Shown here: in pieces, positions 36,284 to 64,000 of the stretch
How the letters are laid out: the number at the start of each line of letters is the position of its first letter
Numbering within the stretch: the stretch's first letter is position 1
Source of the DNA: Hormiphora californensis
Taxonomy: Eukaryota; Animalia; Ctenophora
Direction: 5' to 3'
NCBI GenBank assembly: GCA_020137815.1
Contig: CM035351.1
Coordinates: 8,246,001-8,310,000 of the forward strand
Length of the DNA: 64,000 nt
Translations under genes and position numbers: made by a program
The notes under the pieces: model-generated
Seen by the model: only the letters and a program-made list of their open reading frames with translations
What the model was told of the DNA's origin: nothing
The model's database searches: none

Positions 36284-37377
36284 TATTACTATACTATTTA
36301 GTAATATCGCTGAGCGAAGTATTAAATAAAAGGTCGTCTTTAATTTTCTAAAATAATTGAATGTCCGCTGCTGCGTTATTTTAGCTGTTAAAAATGCGAT
36401 TTTAAGCACAAACCTACCGCCTTTTCGATTTTTATTTCAACTCTCGCTGGTTTAACCAGTTTTACACTCCTCACTTCTCATTGCTCACTTCCCCCAATCT
36501 CCACTCTAGCGGATCCCAAGAAAAGTCTCAAGACACCCCGGTTCTACGCCCGGCAGAGTCTCAAGTACTATGCAGATAACCGTAGTAGGAGTGCTGCTGC
36601 AGCGAAGATGCGGGCCACACTTCCATAGGATGGATAGCGAGTATAATACGAGTGCTCTGGTGAGCTACAACCATGACGCCCCGGTATCTAGTGCAGCCTC
36701 ACCCCACCCAAGGTACATGAGGTGTGTCAACGGAAGGAAACTTAAAAAATCGTGAAAACAGTCGTGACTGAACCGAAGTTTTCAGGCATGGCTACTTACT
36801 ACTTAGGACCTCAGGTTCAAGGGTTCTTCCAGCTATTCAGTAAAATTTCCCTTAAATTGAACCCTGAGAGTTATGGTTCAGTCACGATTGTTCCCCCCAA
36901 AACAAGCTACCTGATTCCGATCCTTTTCGAATATAGGGTCTGAACCTCATGGTTCGGGGTTAACCCGTTAATATATCAAGACACCCCTCCTAGTGTGTTG
37001 GCCAATAGTGGAGGACCTGACATAGTGTTTCATAATGCGGCATGCGGCTATTATTGACTGTCCACCACGCCGTACCAGAGGATGAGGAAGTGGAGGATGA
37101 GACCTGTACTGCAGGGGATACCCAATCTTAGTATTATTGGTATGCAGTGATGGGGGATTAGACCTCATTATATCGTCTGTCTTTCTAGAACTAGAATAGT
37201 TGTAGAATGTAGGAGTAGAAATTAGGGGATTAGGAATTTTTATTCCCTCGCAATTTGATCTACGTTCACCACACGTCCCATCGGTGACTCGCAGGTCGAG
37301 TGACTATACTTGACTTGGCTCTCCTGGAGAGATCCTTCCCCACTATTTGAACAAAAATTAACCCACTTCCTGTACAG

Positions 37378-37994
37378 GTCGAGTGACGGTAACAGACACG
37401 ACAAGTGAGCTCTCCCTCGACGTTGACGCAGTCAGCATGGGTAGTGGTTACAGCACCTGGAAGAAGGGATCCAGGAAGACATCAGCCATGTTTAGGCAGA
37501 TAATCGGCAGGAACATGTTCACAAGATCCTCTGGTATCCAGGGTCTATCCTCGGGGAGTGACAACGTGTTCGGTAGTATGGGTACAGCTGGAGGTCGGGC
37601 AACAGGTAGTGATACCAGTGGGTGGAGTCCCGCTACACCTGCCTCAGCACTATGGTACGAGAATATCCGATCACCGGTCAAGGCCTCCCAAAAACTATTC
37701 TCAAGTGTTTGGTCGAGTATCAACGAGTCTAAATTAAGAGGGGGTAGGAGACCCCCGATAAAGTCCGATGCGGATGATCTCGATCTCCAAGGACATGGAT
37801 ATTTCGAACAGTACCCAATGAATCAGTTACCAGGACGGAGTGCCACTGCAGAGGAACCTGTAAGGACGATGGTGGCGGTTGAAATAGACAGGGTAGGAAA
37901 CGGGGAGGAGGAGAGGCCAGTATCAAAGTCAGATCCTCCCTCTAAGATCTCATTCGGCTCGGTCAGCAACGGAAAAGAGGCCCAAGTTTGTTGA
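37378..37994 (+). CDS. Probable terminal exon of a hypothetical Ser/Gly-rich protein
   Basis: ~200-codon open frame after a pyrimidine-rich CAG acceptor; candidate upstream exons near 36630-36712 and 37080-37139 could not be phased with certainty. Confidence 0.5.
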
Positions 37995-39444
37995 GTTCAA
38001 GTTAAACAATTATGTTATTTCAGATAATATATGAATCTGATAAGTCATAGTTCAATAGAGTTATTTTATCCTCTTCAAGTTTTGAGCATTTGGATATTAT
38101 TTCAACTTCAAGTTGTGAGCAGGTATCCTTCTATCGAACAGATATTTTGAGAAGTATTCTCGCTCGTAAATTCTTGGTATACTTTTCCCCTCTTTACCTA
38201 AAATGATAAACGATAGTTGAATAATTGCTACTTTACAAGCATTTTTGAGAGCCACTCTCCGATGTTACTGTATAAATAGTTGAACTATTGGCATTAGTTC
38301 CATGCTAAGGAGCGCATTAGTTCCATGCTAAGGAGCGGACCATAAAATTCATTTTAGACTGATTCACTTACCTCAGTTTTAATGTTATACTTCTCTCCCA
38401 CCCGTAACTCATTCTTATAGATGATGGTATACGATTTGAAATCACGATAATTATAAAGTGATTCCTCTGGGGAAGATAGGAACAGCTGTGTTCTGGCAAG
38501 ACATGCTTGATCCAGGTATTTTGTGTTGTTCAAGTGGAAATTCCAGTCCATCTCATAGCTGTAAACTCGACCTGTGTCAAAGTTATCTTTATAAAGGAGT
38601 ACATGGAAATCTTTATGAAGGAGCAAATACTCACTGTGAAATAGAGCGGGGTTGGGTGGCGGAAATAGTTTTGTGAGAAGAATACACCATGTTAAACGAA
38701 GGTAATACCTCCATTTGGTTAACACCAAAATACCTGAAATCAAGATTTGTTAAGGCTAACTAAACCAACTGAAAATGTAAATGAGTTTCTATTATTTCAG
38801 GTCGATATAACTATCTACTACCGAGTAAAAGGAGAAAGGGTGTGCCAATTACAGGTCCGAGACAAGGTAGAACAGTTGTGAAGATCTCATACAAAATGGG
38901 AATGATACCAGAACAACAGAGGAACAGTAAAACAAGAGATACGAAGAGGCCACGCTGAAGAAGATAATATACAACTGAAACCATATTCTACTGCTTTATG
39001 TTATACACACAAGCTTTCTTTTGTGGAGATCTGCAGGTATTATAGCAATCTCTACGCCACGAGGTACAATCTATACACAGAATATCACGTGCCGATGGAA
39101 CAATGCATTTCTTAGGACACGTGGGTTACACGAAATCGACATCCCCGCAATACATGCTATATCTCCCCACCCCCTCACCCCATAGCTGAAGTACTGAATC
39201 TGCCGACAACATATGTAGGAAATATTCGATGAAACGTGAGAAAGATTCGTCCTATACCTATTACGTCTGTTGATAGCGGCTTTTAGTCCTTTGAAAAGTG
39301 GGTAGGAATTCTAAAGAATGAAATTTATTATGTTCAGAATAATTCTTGAGAATTGTTACAATGAATGGTAACCATATGCCCAACTGTATACCCTGTTATA
39401 TCAGGCTGAATTCTGAAGTGACTGTCAGCTGACCCTCTCCTTTG

Positions 39445-39512
<68 letters not shown>

Positions 39513-39579
39513 TCTCTCTCTCTCTCTCTCTCTCACTCACTCTCTCTCTCTCTCTCTCTCTCACTCACTCACTCTCTCT

Positions 39580-39652
<73 letters not shown>

Positions 39653-40304
39653 GTCTCTAGGTTCCTCACTCTATGTTCCTCACTCTATCATGGCTGTAAT
39701 TCAAAACGAACTTAGTATAGATAACAGGCCAGATTGTGCAAAGCATTTTCAATAGAGAGAGAGAGAGAGGTATAGCAAAGAGAGAGAGAGTCAGGGAGAG
39801 AGAGACTCGGCAGTTTCTAACATTTCACGAGCTTTCAACTTTTTACTGTTTTCCCAGTACTCGCAAACATAGATTACACACATATTGACGCATAATTTTC
39901 GATTTAAAGTTGGATTTCCCGGCCTTTTTACTTTTCGGTCTTCTGGTGTGCGTGAAGTTATCTTCCACTGAGTGAGTTCCATTATAGTTAGTTTGTGGTG
40001 TTCCAATTAACATAATGTCGACAGTTCATTAAATGTCCCTAATGAAGCTAGGGTTAGTTGAGTGGGTTGAACAGTTTGATTGATGATGAGGGGGTAGTGA
40101 GGGAGGGAGAGACGGAGTGTAAATAAAGCCAACACGCCCCCTAGCTGCTGTAGCAGTAGGGGCCCTAATGTGTAACACTACACCGATCTGAGGCTCGATT
40201 CATTCAATACTGATTCATCCCTGTTGTATGTTCTTGTGTGTCAGTGTGTGTTATCATTTCATTCTAAACCTTGTTTTTTGTTTCGCTTATTCTGCTTATT
40301 ACAG

Positions 40305-59333
<19,029 letters not shown>

Positions 59334-59409
59334 GGAGAGATTAGCGTTAGGAAATAAAATATATCGTCCAGCACTCCAGCCCAGTGTGTCTCAAGGGACG
59401 ATTTGTAGG

Positions 59410-59599
59410 AACCCCAAACAACAGTCACTTGGATGTTTTAAAATTTCAAACGGTGGTAGCTCGACGACTCTTGATAAGAGAACATTCTGGAACGTGGTAG
59501 AACCCAGTATTTTCCAATGGTTCCAAGATGAAATACTATCTTTTCAAGGAGCTGTGACGGTTTGAAATTTAAAAAAGAAAGTGATTGTTGTTTGGGGTT
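59410..59599. mobile_element. MITE-like inverted repeat downstream of the RTK stop
   Basis: AACCCCAAACAACAGTCACTT..TTTTAAAATTTCAAACGGT ... ACGGTTTGAAATTTAAAA..AAGTGATTGTTGTTTGGGGTT. Confidence 0.6.
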
Positions 59600-59756
59600 T
59601 GAGTTCTGATTCTCCAGGACAATATGAAATAACTCTCTCTGGTTGCCGTGCAACTAAAGGAATTATAGACATGTGTGCATGTATGTTTGTTGGTGCGTAC
59701 TGTGTGTTTTTATACTTTGAGGTGAATTTGTTATTTGATTTGAGGAGCTTTGAGTG

Positions 59757-60150
59757 CAGTGGTGACAGTGGTCATCCGACATAATTGCCATACCTCGACG
59801 TGAAATTCGACCTGAATCTCGACCTGGAATGAGGCGCGCATTCGTAGTGAGAGAGACACAAAGACTAACGAGAGAGAAGAGTTGAAGCGCGACATCATTT
59901 GCTTACTGCGGCACATCTCTCTGATGCGCACCTCATTCCAGGTCGAGATTCAGGTCGAATTTCACGTCGGAATATGTCGATTGTCGGATGACCACTGTGA
60001 TCCGTCATATTGGCCGCCCGCATGAAGCGCCTGCCCAAAGCGTTGTCCACGACATTGAAGACATTGAATGCCTTTTTTGCGTGTCTTGGACGTCGTGGAC
60101 AACGCTTTGGCCGGCGCTGTGCGGGCGGCCAATATGACGGAGCACCACTG
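59757..60150. mobile_element. Two nested CAGTGGT-terminal MITEs
   Basis: Inner palindromic element 59766-59997 flanked by TGA/TGA, inserted in the left TIR of an outer hairpin element (CAGTGGTGA TCCGTCATATTGG...CCAATATGACGGAGCACCACTG). Confidence 0.75.
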
Positions 60151-60406
60151 TGAGATACACTCAGCATATGTACATGTTCTGTAAAGTTTCTATACACGAA
60201 GGACAAGGACTTCAACTGTCAAGGACAATCAATCCCTGCCAGTTCAGTTAAACCTCAATTCATCGGACCCATCTGGTTTTTATAACAACAAGAAAAATTT
60301 TAATTCGGGGGAATCGAGGTTTGACTGAATTTCGTGTCACCAACCTGAGCTGTAAAGGTGATATGTGAACTAAACTGGCTAATTTTTAGAGCCCACTGCG
60401 TGTGTA

Positions 60407-61969
60407 CAGGGTGTCCCATATATTCTCCGGGTCGGTTGGCGAGCTGTCACGCAAAAACGGTGATAGTTGTGTGAAAACAAACTGCGGGAGTGTGCTGGAT
60501 TAATTCCTTCCTAACTGATGGCTTTGTTTTAAAATTAAATTTCAAAAGTTCATTTTTCATGAATGAACATTGCTGCCGTTCATTCATGAATTCTTAAATA
60601 TTGTTTACCTTGAGTAAGTAACTTTTCTTTGGCTCGCAATTATCTTTCCAATGAGCACCATAAAACTCAAATTTAACCACCAGGTCACATGACAGTTGAG
60701 AAAATGAACATGCATGATTTTGGCTCTTTTTGCGACTTTCAATCGGCTGTATCACCGCAACCTTATCTCCAATCTTTTTGAAACTTTGGGTGAACATTGG
60801 ATAAGCAAAGATCTTTGCTCACAAGAAAAATCAATGTCAAAACTCAAAGTTCATTTTTAAGCTTTGGTAGTTCATTCCACTCATTCAGGAACCAACAACC
60901 CTAAAGTGATGAAAAGTGTTGGATTTTGTTTGGCCCATGTCCTGCAATGACAGAGAGGTGTAGTAACGTGTTTCCGAGCTAGTTAGTGGGTGCCATGTGA
61001 TCATGACGATATCTGACACCTTCGTTGAGCAATAATTAAGAGATTTTCTCAAATTAAAGCATGTGATTCGGGTCTTCTGCGATTGGTATCGTGCAGCAAT
61101 CTTGAGAGATCTCATAGCACCACAAAAATGATGATAAGTTCAATTAATTGAGTTGATTTATGATCAATAAGATTAAAACCGATGCCACATTGAACTCAAC
61201 GACCATTTTCGATTAAAATTCAACTCATTTCATTGAACTAACCATCATTTTTGAGGTGCTATGAGATCTCTTAACATTGCTGCACAATACCAATCGCAGA
61301 AAACCCAAATCACATGCTTGAATTCGAGAAAATCCCTTAATTATTGCTCAACGAAGGTGTCAGATATCACCATGATCACATGACACCCACTAACTAGCTC
61401 TGAAACACGTCACTACACCTTTCTGTCATTGCAGGACATGGGCCAAACAAAATCCAACACTTTTCATCACTTTAGGGTTGTTGGTTCCTGAATGAGTGGA
61501 ATGAACTACCAAAGCTTAAAAATGAACTTTGAGTTTTGACATTGATTTTTCTTGTGAGCAAAGATCTTTGCTTATCCAATGTTCACCCAAAGTTTCAAAA
61601 AGATTGAAGATAAGGTAGCGGTGATACAGCCGATTGAAAGTCGCAAAAAGAGCCAAAATCATGCATGTTCATTTTCTCAACTGTCATGTGACCTGGTGGT
61701 TAAATTTGAGTTTTATGGTGCTCATTGGAAAGATAATTGCGAGCCAAAGAAAAGTTACTTACTCCAGGTAAACAATATTTAAGAATTCATGAATGAACGG
61801 CAGCAATGTTCATTCATGAAAAATGAACTTTTGAAATTTAATTTTAAAACAAAGCCATCAGTTAGGAAGGAATTAATCCAGCACACTCCCGCAGTTTGTT
61901 TTCACACAACTATCACCGTTTTTGCGTGACAGCTCGCCAACCGACCCGGAGAATATATGGGACACCCTG
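60407..61969. mobile_element. 1.56-kb near-perfect palindromic Tc1/mariner-like foldback element
   Basis: TA|CAGGGTGTCCCATATATTC...GAATATATGGGACACCCTG|TA; arms of ~750 bp; produces the mirror ORFs 60594-60797(-) and 61579-61782(+). Confidence 0.92.
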
Positions 61970-64000
61970 TATAGTGTATATTGTATCGTTGAGAAATATA
62001 TAATAACATTTCACTTGATATTGTTTCAAGTTGAGTTGAAATTCATACTAAAAAGATTCGTTTTTCTTTTTTGATATCTGGAAATTCCATGGAGCCAAGT
62101 TCACGGTAAAAGGGACGCTGCCTCCATACCAGCATGGTATATGTGCACTCCGGGAGCTGAACTGGCGGGGATCTGGATCGGGAACTGTTCCGGTTATGTC
62201 TGTCAGTTCCGGTTCGGCATTTGTTTACATCGCACGACGCGCGCACCATATATCCCATGTGGCGCGACACGCGCGCGGCTGCTGAAACGTTGTGCAACAT
62301 CTCTTTGTACATCACACAGTTGCCGCGCCCTACAACACAGCCAAGTGTGAAGCATATGTCCACAACTCGTTTGCCTGCTCCTCCTACTCCATGAAATGTG
62401 ACGTTGAGACGCTGCAACCGATCTCTCAATCGCATTCACTCTCTGAACAGGAAAAGAAATAGGCTTTTCTGAACATAAATAGCATAACTGTAGCATTTAC
62501 AACAATTGCAACAAATTCTTCAATATATCCCTCTCCACAATACTTTATCGAATATTATTCCCTCCTCCACAGATCCTGGCCAAGATAATTACACACTGCA
62601 GCACAGCTCACTTACACGATAAAACACAATGAAATAACACAGTCAATGTACAGTATACTTTTTTAGTTCACACATAGTGAGTGCTCTGTGAGACAGAGCA
62701 ACATGTTACAATCCTCATTTCTCATCCGAATAGTTCCTTCAACTTCGCTAACTGCTCCATGTGGGCATCCTTCAACTTCTTTTCACTTATATCAAGACTC
62801 AACATCTGAAAAAAGGCACAGATTAGCCGTTCAGTTACAGGCTAGCACATTTTATTTGCCAAATGCTCTCACTTACACACAAACTACAGACAGGATAAGT
62901 GAACACCCCCCCACCCCCCATTTACCTTTCCCACAAAGAAATCTTCCTCTAGAAGTTCATTTGGTAGCTTGTACTTCAAATATTTGATTGCTTTGTCAAA
63001 ACTGAAATTGCAAAGTTAATAATAGGAACTTTTAGAGTGGCTCCCTATAAAGTCAGTGTAGAGTAAAATTAATAGACTCTCACCTTTCACAGCTGTCCCT
63101 GACTTCTTTATCATTAAAGGCAAGCAACAGGACCGTAACACCAACTTTTATTAAAACTTTAACACCTGGGAGATTGGGGTAGTTAGTGGTAGCAGCGTTC
63201 AAAAGATCACGAAAACTGAGTAAAACTGCTGTATGCTGCTGCTGCAGTACTGAGTAGTGTGTGTGTATGTGTGTGTAGAGACACAGCTTCTATTGTATTA
63301 CACTAGGGGAGACCATTAAATCACGTGACAAAACATTCCCTTTGTTTGCAGATCTACAGACAAAACTAATAGCACGGTGTGTCTATCTAATCTCTGTTAT
63401 TTCGGTTACCTCCCACTTCTTTAATTGGGGTGCGACGTGCGTATGACAAGCACCCCCCCCACTTTTCAAATGTTTCTCCTTCTTCCAATATTTTACACAC
63501 TTCTGAGTGTGTTGTAGTACCCTGGCAAGTGCAAACACCAAGTCCCAAACCTCATTACGCGCCCGTGTTTCCGGGTTAAAAAGGGTCAAAACAGAAGGGA
63601 GAGAGAGGGAGACAGACAGAGACAGAGAGGGACAGAGAGATGTGAGATACACATTACACACACACAACATCAATATGGCAGACAACTTCTACAACTCTAA
63701 ATACACCTACATGACAGCTCTGTATCACAACCTACCTTCACATAGGAACATGTCCCAAACCCTGAGCACAGTTTCCCAGGGCAGGGTCCGTGTATAAACA
63801 CACATGAACCACTCCACAGAGTAAAATGTCGATTGTAATCCCATCTCCTCCTGGTGGGGGGTTGAATTCGTGGAACTATAACAAGTATAGAAAATATTGC
63901 CTAGCTAGTAGCTAGACTCTGTTTCGCATTACAAATGTAAAGGAGTAGAGGGTTAGAACATAACAAAGAAAATAGGGAGATGTTGAAATACGTGGTACAA

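Noticed and set aside
38440-38870. Candidate 5' exons of the RTK (e.g. VDITIYYRVKGERVCQLQVRDK at ~38801-38866)
   Set aside because: Splice signals are plausible but there is no start codon, signal peptide or supported link to the gene.
60594-61782. Duplicated 67-aa gene pair in inverted orientation
   Set aside because: Mirror images within the arms of a foldback element; no evidence of coding function.
63674-63797. Short ORF MADNFYNSKY... as a gene
   Set aside because: Only ~40 codons, with no signal peptide, domain or convincing splice donor within the window.

Overview
Eukaryotic, intron-rich animal DNA with short GT-AG introns, many (AG/CT)n tracts and MITEs. A non-bilaterian such as a ctenophore is plausible but is inference only. 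Most ORF-track entries are microsatellite or repeat artefacts, so the gene models below were spliced by eye. Genes: (1) a multi-exon low-complexity protein (68-3011,+); (2) a tandem cluster of four divergent paralogous three-Sushi/CCP-domain genes (4472-19715,-), two with a hydrophobic GPI-like tail and two apparently secreted; (3) a secreted acidic His-Gly-Asp-rich protein (22797-24088,-); (4) a disordered/coiled-coil protein (24893-27118,-); (5) an orphan class A GPCR (30460-35971,+) with an intronless secreted tandem-PLAT gene nested antisense in one intron (33083-33850,-); (6) a Ser/Gly-rich ORF; (7) a ~19 kb receptor tyrosine kinase (40305-59333,+) with ~9 EGF repeats, a Sushi-like module, cadherin-like repeats, a TM helix and a kinase with DLG in place of DFG. 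Non-coding DNA holds several non-autonomous TIR/foldback elements (some nested), a GGCGCC-rich composite palindromic element, and minisatellites that often abut or duplicate splice signals. No transposase, RNA gene or CRISPR array was recognised.
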